A stretch of DNA of 63,420 nt, counting the filler, from Octopus bimaculoides (lineage: Eukaryota): NCBI RefSeq assembly GCF_001194135.2. It is 5 parts of 5 records of this genome, joined end to end, with 100 filler letters (N's around TTAATTAATTAA, not from the genome) between each part and the next. Parts side by side here need not be neighbours in the genome. Positions count along the whole stretch, not along the records: positions 18,777 to 30,869 come from NC_068984.1; positions 30,970 to 57,160 come from NC_068990.1; 3 more parts are not named here. The stretch is one strand, 5' to 3'. Below the pieces are notes generated by a model that was given only the letters and a program-made list of their open reading frames with translations, was not told the origin of the DNA and searched no databases. How positions within the stretch are numbered: the stretch's first letter is position 1; each line of letters begins with the position of its first letter. Shown one piece after another: positions 24,850-36,604 of this stretch. A program made the position numbers and the translations under genes.

Positions 24850-25150
24850 GACAAGCCCAGAAAATATAAAGAATGGTCGATGAAAAAGATGGTAGTAGTA
24901 CCATTGTCGGAGCCCTGGGAACAGTGAGTAAAAATCTTGAGAAATACATGGAACGAATAGGGGATGCAATAAGGGTGGAGCACTTGCAGAAAACAGTACT
25001 GCTTGGAACCGCTCGAATACTCCGGATTGTGCCCGAAAAATAAGGGGTGTTACCTTAGTTCACTGGTAGTGAACAGCTGACACCGTAGTACATCTCCAGC
25101 GTTAGAAGCTGTGCAAAGTCAATAATAATAATAATAATGATAATAATAAT
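24850..25150 (+). mobile_element. R4/Dong-type RLE retrotransposon 3' end with (TAA)n tail
   Basis: Frame ...IVGALGTVSKNLEKY...LQKTVLLGTARILR*, a short 3' UTR, then (TAA)n. Confidence 0.8.
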
Positions 25151-25564
25151 AATTCATTAAAGAAAAAAAAAGAGATTCTAAAGCTGATTGAAATACTTGG
25201 TTTCACTTGGCTGTTTTGATTGAGATTTACTAAGCATGCTGTTATACGCTCTAATTATTTTTAATACTCGATTCACAAATAAACTTCATTATTCATTATA
25301 AGTGTCGTAACATTTTAAATAATTTGGCTTGGACTTAGATTAATATTTAATTAGTAAAAAGCTGGGTTGTGGCAATGCTAGGCTGAATAACCCGAGCGCT
25401 GTATTTTCCGTGCCACGTCACCATGGTGAAACCGAATCGTTTAATGAATAACAATGAATACGCATCGCGTATTGCTATCAGGGAACTTTCACCGGACTAA
25501 TTAGCTGTACATTTGTTGTGTTAATTATACAATGTTTGTAATGAGTATAACGGCAGCAACTAAA

Positions 25565-25780
25565 GTTACGCAGTGGGGTTAAGAAGCTTGCTTTACAACC
25601 ACGTGGCTTTAGATACAATCAATTTGCGTGGCACCTTGAACAGATGTCTTCTGCCGTAGCAGCTGACCGACCAATGCCTTGTGAGTGAGTTTGGTAGGAG
25701 CAAACTGTGTGGAAGTTTTTCGTATATATGTGTGCATTTTGGGGGTTTAGGGTTCGGCGTATGTACGTTTCTGCGACTAT

Positions 25781-25873
<93 letters not shown>

Positions 25874-26060
25874 TCCTCGCTATCGCTTGACAGCCGGTGT
25901 TTGATTTGCTCACGTCTCCGTAACATAACGGCTCGGCAAAAGAGACCGATAAATTCAGTGTCAGAGTTTTAAAAGATACATAACTATCAAGCCTATTTGT
26001 TCGATTAAAACACTCCAATGTGGTGCTCCAGCATCGCCGCAATCCACTAAATGAAAGACA
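25565..26060 (+). mobile_element. SINE family A, full length with internal (CT)n
   Basis: Both family A halves are present, joined by (TC)n. Confidence 0.8.
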
Positions 26061-27079
26061 AAAGTGAAAAACAACATCCAGGAGATAATTTTTGGAATAT
26101 GGATACGTAACATCGTCTTAGTAAAACTGCAATTCCAAAGCAGGTTTTATTGTTGTGGAAGCTGTTGCAGTTGTGTTATTTTGAGAAATCTGGGCAGATG
26201 AAAGTCCCTCTCGGAAAAGTTCGTTGAGATAAGATTAATAAAAAAAATTATATTTTTAAAGCGTTGAAAGGATATCAGTCAAATTGAAGAATATTCTTTG
26301 AAGTAACTGCCAATGTTGATAATGAAGGAAGATTGAATGTATCATATAATACCGTGCTTAATATAACAAATGAAGCTATTGGTGTCAAAACCATAATAGC
26401 AGTAATTAAAGACTCCATCTCGAAGCTCAAAAAGCAAAACCTTCAGTGACTGATTTCTTTTTTGAGTTTTACCTCCAGACCCCGGACTCATAAGGCTATT
26501 TCCATTGTGTACATTTGTGACAATGTATGTCTGTGTATATATATATATATATATNNNNNNNNNNNNNNNNNNNNNNNNNNNNNNNNNNNNNNNNNNNNNN
26601 NNNNNNNNNNNNNNNNNNNNNNNNNNNNNNNNNNNNNNNNNNNNNNNNNNNNNNNNNNNNNNNNNNNNNNNNNNNNNNNNNNNNNNNNNNNNNNNNNNNN
26701 NNNNNNNNNNNNNNNNNNNNNNNNNNNNNNNNNNNNNNNNNNNNNNNNNNNNNNNNNNNNNNNNNNNNNNNNNNNNNNNNNNNNNNNNNNNNNNNNNNNN
26801 NNNNNNNNNNNNNNNNNNNNNNNNNNNNNNNNNNNNNNNNNNNNNNNNNNNNNNNNNNNNNNNNNNNNNNNNNNNNNNNNNNNNNNNNNNNNNNNNNNNN
26901 NNNNNNNNNNNNNNNNNNNNNNNNNNNNNNNNNNNNNNNNNNNNNNNNNNNNNNNNNNNNNNNNNNNNNNNNNNNNNNNNNNNNNNNNNNNNNNNNNNNN
27001 NNNNNNNNNNNNNNNNNNNNNNNNNNNNNNNNNNNNNNNNNNNNNNNNNNNNNNNNNNNNATATATATTGTTTGATTGT

Positions 27080-27326
27080 TTCGTTCATTTGATGGCAGCC
27101 ATGCTGGAGCACCATCTTGCAGGGTTTCTTCCTACAAATCAACCGCATGAGTTACTTTTCTTGGAGCCCTTTTTTTTCATTGCATCGGTTTTTGTTACGG
27201 AGTCGTATACAAGCCATACCGGTTGTCAAGCAGCGGGGGAGGGGACAAATACGCGCGCTCACACACTCAAAGACAAACATACACACATACACACGCACAC
27301 ACACTCTCGTGTGTTTATGTGTGTTT

Positions 27327-27359
<33 letters not shown>

Positions 27360-27500
27360 CTATGAAAGCTTTTTTTCAGTTACCGTCAACCAAATCCACT
27401 CACAAAGCTTTGGTCGGCCCGGGGCCCTAGTAGAAAATAGCTACTCACGGGACTGATTCGAGACCATGTGATTGAGAAGTACAATTCCTTACTACGCAGC
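27080..27500 (-). mobile_element. SINE family A, full length
   Basis: Reverse complement of family A. Confidence 0.8.
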
Positions 27501-28255
27501 TATGACTGAGTGCTCGTAGAAATTCCACAAGTGTTTGTGGAGAATTCTTTCTCAGGACTATTCTTGCAGCGTTAGGTCTTATCACGTCCGATTACAATCG
27601 AACCAGTTAAATATGACTTTACAAGATTTTATTTTATCCAAAAACTGCTTCGTCTGACATTAATTATTCTTTAAAATAGTATTAGGATTGCGCACTTCCC
27701 AGCTGTCCTGATTTCATATACTCAGTAGAAAGAAAGATCTGAGAAAACTGGTGGCCCCAAGGAATTTCAAAGGGATGCTGGGAATCCATTCCGTCGGAAA
27801 CCACATCACTTCTGACTGATACAGTTGATTTTATTCCCCCTCATAATGATCTGCTGCAGCATTGTCTTCTTAATTAATGCCAGCGCATAAACACAATGGT
27901 GGACTTGTATAAACATTGGTGGACTCTGAGGATTACTTTTGTTCCGAAAACTTCTGTCGTCCCAGGTTTGAGACATTCAGCCATTATGTCCGATCCACGA
28001 AGGAACATGGAAACGGATTTAAAGAAGATACTGTTCACTGGCGGGGAAAGCTTAAATTCTAGCCTATTCGTATAGGGTACATGACAGGGGTTTACTAGCT
28101 TCAGTAGCAAGCTGTAGGAACAGGAGATACCTACGAACCTGACGATGCTCTGCTGGCGCTAATAAATCACCCTCGAATAGTTACACACAGACACGTTATG
28201 TGTAGATATATGTATGTCTATCTATCTGTCTGTCTGTCTGTCTGTCTGTCTGTCG

Positions 28256-28288
<33 letters not shown>

Positions 28289-28292
28289 TCTC

Positions 28293-28342
<50 letters not shown>

Positions 28343-28670
28343 CATCTATCTATCTATCTATCTATATATATANNNNNNNNNNNNNNNNNNNNNNNNNNNN
28401 NNNNNNNNNNNNNNNNNNNNNNNNNNNNNNNNNNNNNNNNNNNNNNNNNNNNNNNNNNNNNNNNNNNNNNNNNNNNNNNNNNNNNNNNNNNNNNNNNNNN
28501 NNNNNNNNNNNNNNNNNNNNNNNNNNNNNNNNNNNNNNNNNNNNNNNNNNNNNNNNNNNNNNNNNNNNNNNNNNNNNNNNNNNNNNNNNNNNNNNNNNNN
28601 NNNNNNNNNNNNNNNNNNNNNNNNNNNNNNNNNNNNNNNNNNNNNNNNNNNNNNNNNNNNNNNNNNNNNN

Positions 28671-28702
<32 letters not shown>

Positions 28703-28807
28703 TACATATATAGGTATATGTGTGTATGTGTATGTGCTTGTGTTTGTGTATACATACACACATACATGCATAAATTCATCCATGCACACATACATACATA
28801 AATTAAT

Positions 28808-28839
<32 letters not shown>

Positions 28840-29165
28840 TTTAGATGCATGCCTGACTCACGTGCCTTCCGTCGGCCAATATCCCGCATTGCTTTCTATT
28901 CTTAAAGTTAACTTTTACCACCAACAATCGCATGGTTTGTTTAGTCTTATCTCTTCGCCAGAAAACTATGTGTTCTTCATCTCATGCTTTATCAGTCGCA
29001 GTTCTTTATTTCTTTCTGTGTTTTTCATCTCTTTTCACGACCATTAGGCGAAGCGAACCGCGAGATCAGAAACAAAGAACAAACCGTTCAGAAAAGAAAA
29101 TAAGATCACGGCTGGGAAATATAGTCCACACACACATTCACACACACACACACACACACACGCAA

Positions 29166-29214
<49 letters not shown>

Positions 29215-29757
29215 AATACACACACACGCACACACACACACACACACATTCAATATTACGCTCTTTCTCTTTCTCTCTCTCTCTTCCCTCTTTGTTTATG
29301 TTCGGCTCTGTTTCGCAATGGATATTAGGACAACCATAAGCCGAATGACAGATTCACATGAGGGTTAACTTAAACTTTCTTTTATAGACATTTTGAAAAT
29401 AGGTTTTACCTCTGAAATGGCAGACATTATCAATTAATATACATTTGTAAAATGCAGGAACGTCAAATGAATTTATGTTTACACCGAATGCAAAGGGAAG
29501 TGGGTAATTCATGGTAGTTTTCGATGATGAAATTGTTAAAATTTCTGATATAAGATACGAACAATTATTGTAGGTTTTGTACTTATTTAAAGTGAAAAAT
29601 AAGTACAAAAAATTACCCTTATGAAAACGAAATATGTTTTTGTTCGTTGTCTGTTTGTCACACATAAATACAACCCTTTTCCGCCGTTTAAGTAAGTATT
29701 ATTGTTGGATTCAGTCACGATCCCTTTAAACACTCAAAGCACCTTTTCAACACTTAC

Positions 29758-29869
29758 CGCTTCTCACAACCGCATACAATAATGATCTTTTCTGTTCTAC
29801 CTCATCGGGTTCTACTTCATCATTTTCGAACAGGTGTCGACCAATTTCGTGAAAACGTTTTGTTAAGTG
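29758..29869 (-). CDS. candidate coding exon (HLTKRFHEIGRHLFENDEVEPDEVEQKRSLLYAVVRS), product unknown
   Basis: catag| acceptor, strong G|gtaagt donor, 112 nt, protein-like open frame in unique sequence, with an in-frame stop at the acceptor boundary. Confidence 0.35.
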
Positions 29870-30146
29870 CTATGTAATTACGAATTATTTACAGCCTCAA
29901 ATATTTTATCGGCTGTTCTCCTTAAATATATGACTAATACATTTTTCCAGTCACTTACAAAAGGAATAAATTTACATTTGACACAAATATCCTTCTAATT
30001 GCCAACATACTATCTATAATCACAGGTTTTTCCCCAAATCATTGTATAACACACAGTTTTGTGCATACGCACAATTGTATGTATGTACTCTGTCGATCTA
30101 TCTATCTCTCTATCCGTGGGTGTGTATATGTGTTTGAGAAATTTAG

Positions 30147-30650
30147 TTATTTGTTGAATGCTTCCTTTACGGTGGAGGCGTTGATGACTGTCCAATTCTT
30201 GCATAGAAGAGCCGATGGCATTGACTGTACGGTAATGCTGTTGGACGACGATATTGATTCTGTCAAACCTTTCGTCCTGTCCTTTGATTTCTTCTTTTTC
30301 TCTTCAGGTAACTTCGAAGATTTTGTTCCGATTTTTGTTCTTGAAGACGTGTTTGATTTGCTTTCCAAATGCCCGCGAGCGGCTCCAATTCTGTGTTTCA
30401 CATCCATTTCTAGATGATATAGCACTGACGAACTTTTCTCCGCCCTGAATTCTTGCCAGTATTTACTTATTGTCTTATTTATGCTACAGGATGTCTCTCC
30501 AATGTAGGTCGTTGTCCTGTTTCTGCAGCATTCCCATGTACACCTTATACGATAGGTTGCATTCCTAATTTTGCAGTTTATCTCTAGGTACGTTCTGCAG
30601 ATTAGGGATTTTATGGTAGTTTCTGGCCCTTCTACTATTTTAATCCGAGG
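30147..30650 (-). pseudogene. Penelope-like GIY-YIG endonuclease region, stop-free for 167 codons
   Basis: PRIKIVEGPETTIKSLIC...INCKIRNATYRIRCTWECC...YIGETSCSINKTISKY...SVLYH matches the PLE linker plus GIY-YIG layout. The catalytic R and EH positions appear substituted. Confidence 0.65.
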
Positions 30651-30969
30651 TGCCTCACAGTGGGACTGAACCGAGACAGATGTGGTTTGGAAGCAAGCTT
30701 CTTAACACACACGCCTGTCGCAGCAACACCTGCAACTATATGTATAAACATTTATACAAACGAACATTAACGTGTACCCTTGGCATCGCGAATAGTAGAA
30801 TTCACAAATGATGGTCGGCAGCAAATTCGAAGGGCAACAACTATCCTCTGTGTGTGTGGGGGGGGGGGGNNNNNNNNNNNNNNNNNNNNNNNNNNNNNNN
30901 NNNNNNNNNNNNNTTAATTAATTAANNNNNNNNNNNNNNNNNNNNNNNNNNNNNNNNNNNNNNNNNNNN

Positions 30970-31365
30970 CTGCCAGATATTTTGAGCATCTCTGCAGTGA
31001 TTCCTGATGGGCCTGGGGCTTTCCCTGTCTTCATACTCTTAATTGCTTTATCTACCCTAGTACTGTCAACTCGGATAGCTGGTCCCTCTGTTGGGTCAAC
31101 ATACGGCAGGCTCTCTTTCTCCCATTCATTCTCTTTATTAAGCAATCTATTGTAGTGGCATCTCCAGACCTCTTTCTTTGCAGCCTCATTTAGTGCAAGC
31201 GTACCATCATCCATGCAAACACATTTCTCTCCTACAACATCACTATTCTCTCTCCTACACTGTCTTGCAACACGAAATACCTCGAGTCTTTGGTCCTCAC
31301 GGCGCAGAACATTGGCAAATCTTTTCTTATCTGCTTCCCCTCTGGCTACCTTGGGAGAGGCATTA
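30970..31365 (-). mobile_element. RTE internal fragment
   Basis: GEADKKRFANVLRREDQRLEVF...GKAPGPSGITAEMLK is homologous to 1490-1850. Confidence 0.9.
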
Positions 31366-32344
31366 TGCCAGTAATACACATACGATATATATATATATAT
31401 ATATATATAGAAAAAGAGAGAGAGAGAGATGTATATGTAGACATGTATACATATAGATGTATATGTACACGTATATGTATAGATATATATATATAGATAT
31501 ACATCTATATGCATACGTGTATATGTATACATATGTGTAGATGTATATATATATAGATGTACATGTAATATGTACACATATACACATGCATGCAGATATC
31601 TATACATATATACACCCATACACACACACACATGCACACAAACACACACATTAGTCATTTGTTTTTTATCCAAAACTACGTCAAAAGTACTGAACGGATC
31701 TTTATGAATTTTGGAAATTGTATTCTAATCATAACAGCCATAACCCCCATGAAAATTCATATATTTTTGATGTTGATGAAATTTTAACCATACAGATTAC
31801 ACACAAATAATGTAATATTTCTAAAATTTCTTCTTAGAAGTTACAAAGACCCCTTCATGAGGACTTCACACCCACAATTTAGTCATTTTTCCTAAGCAAA
31901 GATGAATACAGTTGTACTATTGGAAGCTATAGGGTTACCCGAACATAACAGATGAGCATTATTTCTAATTCAACGGTACAACAGTGTAAGACTATCCTTT
32001 CAGATATATTTCCATTGTGATTTCTGCAATGTGGTGCATAAATTGTCAAGTAAACGAGATGCATCTTTGCCTCCACTGATTCACTTGCAAAATGTTGAGT
32101 AAAATTATTTCGTTGCAGACCTCCTTTGAGTCATTTTATTATCTCTGGGTCACACATAGTCCCCAGTTGGTAACATTGATTTAAAGGCCTTCCCAGATGA
32201 GTGACTGGTTGTTCGAAGACATTTATTGATTGTAAATATTTTCTGCCCAGTTACCTATCGGTATAGTGGTCATTTGCAAACTCCAGAGGCGACACTTTCA
32301 TTTCCCTTTACTCCAAATGTCACACGTTGTTATTTCAATTGGGT

Positions 32345-32440
32345 GATGCCCTTCCAATTGCTATACATCCATAATGCATCTTACAGCTGTGCCTGTCACC
32401 TGTATGGTGAGGAATCCTACATTGGGGAGTAGTAACGACT
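32345..32440 (+). pseudogene. small GIY-YIG-like remnant (IHNASYSCACHLYGEESYIGE)
   Basis: Resembles N-x-x-Y...C...YIGE of 30147-30650. Confidence 0.35.
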
Positions 32441-32744
32441 AGGCTACGGTAGCTGACTGATTATCGTGATCATTCGTCGTTTGGTTTCCTGTAAGCTTGG
32501 CTCTCTTTTACAAACTCAGTGAACATACATATATTTCCTATTTCAAAGAAATTCAAACAATACATATTAGACCCAAGTTAAAAACATTCCCAACAATTCA
32601 ACGTCTCTGGTTGACATTAACACACCCACTCCTAATAGGGGCCTTAACTTCCACATTTTTCAGCTCCATGAGCTCCACTTTTTAGGAGCAAAATCCTTTT
32701 TACAGTGTCCATAACACTGCAATTTTGGAATGTGCGCATAAATA

Positions 32745-33515
32745 TCAGATATATAAAGATGAGAATGTGTGTCTGTGTGAATCCCTAAAACTCGAGAACT
32801 ACACAACCAATTTCATTCCAAATTAACACATGCCTTACTTAGGGTCCATGTAGTGTCTTAGGCCCAAAAAATTTTTAACTTCTTGCATAGTTCGAGCCCA
32901 CAGCAATATCATATCCCCTCCACTATTTCAGTATTACTTGTCAAAACTGAAACAATAACATCACTCTACTGTAATGTCAGATACTTTCACTTTAACACTG
33001 AAACTATTCCACTATTTCAGTATTACATGCCAAAAGTGTAACAATAACATGTCGCTACTGTAATTTCAAATACTTTCACTTTAATACTTTCAATTTCATA
33101 CTGAAACTATTAAAGTGAAACTATACTCTCACATATATACAGGCATACTATAAGACCCAAGTTAAAAACATTCCCAACAATTCAACTTCTCTGGTTGACA
33201 TTAACACCCCCACCCCCAATAGGGGCCTTTATTCCCACATTTTAGAGCTCCATGAGCTCCATTTTTCAGGAGCAAAATCCTTTTTACAGATTCCAGAAGA
33301 CTGAAATTGTGGAATATGCGCATAAAGATCAATAGTATGGGATACATGTCTCATGATTAGAATTTTTTTAGGGTGTGTAAAGAGGGAAAGAACCCCCATG
33401 TGCAATTTTGATGAAATTCGAATCATATGTATTCCAGTCCCTTACAGAAAATATAAGAGAAAAGTCTCATCCTTCATTTGCATGTAACACAGGCAACGCC
33501 GGGTATCTCTGCTAG
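32745..33515 (+). mobile_element. non-autonomous Helitron-type element
   Basis: A|TC(agatatataaag) 5' end, subterminal hairpin ggc-aac-gcc, CTAG|T 3' end, no TSD. The internal segment 33150-33330 is duplicated just upstream at 32565-32745. Confidence 0.7.
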
Positions 33516-34254
33516 TATATATATATATATATATATATACAATAGGCTTCTTTCAGTTTCCATCTACCAAATCCACTCACAAGGCTTTGGTCAGCCTGAG
33601 GCTATAGTAGAAGACATTTGCCCAAGGTGCCACACAGTGGGAGTGAACCCATGTAGTTGGTAAGCAATCTACCTAGCAAATGACTTCTTAGATTCTTAGC
33701 CAAGTTTCGAAACCTAGCTTACATTTTTCTACAAGTTCCTTTTTATTTTTCTCAACATTGGCACTAAGAACTTTATGAGAGTCAGCCCTCAACCTCTGAT
33801 CATTTCAAATCAAGCTTAGGTCAAGGCAGATAACAAATGAAAAATCCTTTGTTTAGCCTGACCCTATTCAGTTAGAAAAAAATTTAAATACAGAACTCAA
33901 ATTTGGTTCTACCTTTTTCACTTGGCCCTCTGGTGAAAAAGGAGCACTTCACGTATGGCTTGCCTCTGTGGGACTACACAACTTCCACCCTCTTTACTTG
34001 TCAACACACAGAGGCAATTTCTTTTACTCTTTCTCTCTCCTTCTTCCATTTGTTTTCTAGCAGTCACTCACAAATGATCTTAACTATACCTACAAAATCG
34101 ACTATAGAGCTAAAGCTAATTTATGTATAACAACAACTCAAAGAAGTTGTATGTTACATCGTAACAGTAAAATAAAGGCTGTATCAAGTAATATTTTTTT
34201 CCTGTAATTTACCTGATGCACATATAACCATTATATATATATATATATATATGA

Positions 34255-34524
34255 AGACCTGTTGAGGCAAGTGAAATCGAAATCGAGTTAAATTGGACAC
34301 GAAACTCAGCTTGCGAAGACTTATTGAGGCAAGCGAATTTGTGATGGCACCTGTGCCCAGCATCGCCTTTCTGGCACTTGTGCCTGTGGCATGTCTAAGG
34401 ACTTTCGAGCGAGATCGTTGCCAGTGCCCCTGGACTGGCTCTTGTGCGGGTGGCACATAAAATACACCATTTTGAGCGTGGCCATTGCCAGTATCGCCTG
34501 ACTGGCCTTCGTAGGATTGTCGAG
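34255..34524 (+). mobile_element. RTE 3'-tail fragment containing the double-hairpin repeat unit
   Basis: gaagacctgttgaggcaagtgaaatcg...gagatcgttgccagtgcccctggactggc. Confidence 0.75.
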
Positions 34525-36074
34525 NNNNNNNNNNNNNNNNNNNNNNNNNNNNNNNNNNNNNNNNNNNNNNNNNNNNNNNNNNNNNNNNNNNNNNNNNNNN
34601 NNNNNNNNNNNNNNNNNNNNNNNNNNNNNNNNNNNNNNNNNNNNNNNNNNNNNNNNNNNNNNNNNNNNNNNNNNNNNNNNNNNNNNNNNNNNNNNNNNNN
34701 NNNNNNNNNNNNNNNNNNNNNNNNNNNNNNNNNNNNNNNNNNNNNNNNNNNNNNNNNNNNNNNNNNNNNNNNNNNNNNNNNNNNNNNNNNNNNNNNNNNN
34801 NNNNNNNNNNNNNNNNNNNNNNNNNNNNNNNNNNNNNNNNNNNNNNNNNNNNNNNNNNNNNNNNNNNNNNNNNNNNNNNNNNNNNNNNNNNNNNNNNNNN
34901 NNNNNNNNNNNNNNNNNNNNNNNNNNNNNNNNNNNNNNNNNNNNNNNNNNNNNNNNNNNNNNNNNNNNNNNNNNNNNNNNNNNNNNNNNNNNNNNNNNNN
35001 NNNNNNNNNNNNNNNNNNNNNNNNNNNNNNNNNNNNNNNNNNNNNNNNNNNNNNNNNNNNNNNNNNNNNNNNNNNNNNNNNNNNNNNNNNNNNNNNNNNN
35101 NNNNNNNNNNNNNNNNNNNNNNNNNNNNNNNNNNNNNNNNNNNNNNNNNNNNNNNNNNNNNNNNNNNNNNNNNNNNNNNNNNNNNNNNNNNNNNNNNNNN
35201 NNNNNNNNNNNNNNNNNNNNNNNNNNNNNNNNNNNNNNNNNNNNNNNNNNNNNNNNNNNNNNNNNNNNNNNNNNNNNNNNNNNNNNNNNNNNNNNNNNNN
35301 NNNNNNNNNNNNNNNNNNNNNNNNNNNNNATATATATATATATATATTATATATTATATATATATATATGATGGGGTTCTTTCAGTTTCCATCAACCAAA
35401 TTCACTTACAAGGCTTTGGTTGGCCTGTGGCTATAGCAGAAGACACTTGCCCAATGTGCCATACAGTGGGACTGAACTGAGGACCTGTGGTTGGGAAGCA
35501 AACTTCTTACCACAGAGTCATGCCTATACTACTGCATTATTTCTGCAGGTATTCTCCTAGTCTAATGATTATATATTGGTCATTGCTTTTATTGTTACTG
35601 CCTATCTTTAGATCAGTCATTATCAAGTATACCTTATGATCAAAGGTGTTTCAAATGTAACCATCCTGCATTTTTGTTAATCTGTGATAATTACATTGTT
35701 CAATATGTTTTTTTTATTTAAGACTATAGAGTGTGGTTTCAGGGAGATAAGGCAGCTGTTTCTAGCAGGTTGAACATCTTAGAGTTCCTTTGTTGGTTGT
35801 TTTTATGTACTGATTTAATCGGAAGAAAAGTTTGAATAATTCAGCATATTTCTTGGAGAGCACTGATTGATTAGAGTGTTTCTGATGGCCAGAATAGTTC
35901 AGATTGGCTGAGAGATTATGTTTGTTGGAGAAGGCAACAGAATCTTTTATAATTAAACTTCTATGACAGTTATAAAAAGTCAAGTCAGACTTATGCTTTT
36001 TGCATAAAGTTCACAAAATGGAACAAGTTTGTGTGGCATATAAAGTTATTCTGTTTTGTGTGCTGATCTCTAAT

Positions 36075-36572
36075 TGTGAAGGGAACCTGTAGAAGGGGTA
36101 GACCCAGGAAGACACGGAATGAAGTGGTAAGAAAGGATCTTCAGATACTGGGTCTCACTGAGGAGATGATGAGGGACCAGGAAATGTGGTAATTTGGTGT
36201 ACTTGAGAAGACACGTTAACCTAAGTAAAATCATGGTCATCCATACATGCAGGCATTTCTTTAAGGCCATGCCCCCACTCCCTCTCCCAGCTGAGAAGTC
36301 TTTGTTTTGCAGATGCCAGTGCCACATAAAATGCGCTTGTGCTGGTGCCATCTAAAATCCACTCATGCTGATACGTAAATGCACTTGTGTTGGTAGCATG
36401 AAAAAAGCACCCAGCACACTCTGTAAAGTAGCTGGTGTTAGGAAGGGCATCCAGCTGTAGAAACCATACCAAACAGACAATTGGAGCCTTGATGACTCTT
36501 CAGCTGGCCAACTCCTGTGAAATTGTCCAACCCATACCAGCATAGAAAACAGACATTAAAGAATTGTGATGG

Positions 36573-36600
<28 letters not shown>
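36075..36600 (+). mobile_element. 5'-truncated RTE 3' end with (GAT)n tail
   Basis: Codons for GRGRPRKT followed by the conserved tail. Confidence 0.8.

Positions 36601-36604
<4 letters not shown>

Noticed and set aside
27760-27810. Picornaviral 3C-protease-like motif (GMLGIHSVGN) or pogo-like WESIPSET
   Set aside because: Short isolated matches with no upstream GxCG or DDE context; consistent with chance.
20688-29339. ORFs rich in YI, CV, HT, SL or poly-M/H repeats
   Set aside because: Microsatellite translations with no coding signal.
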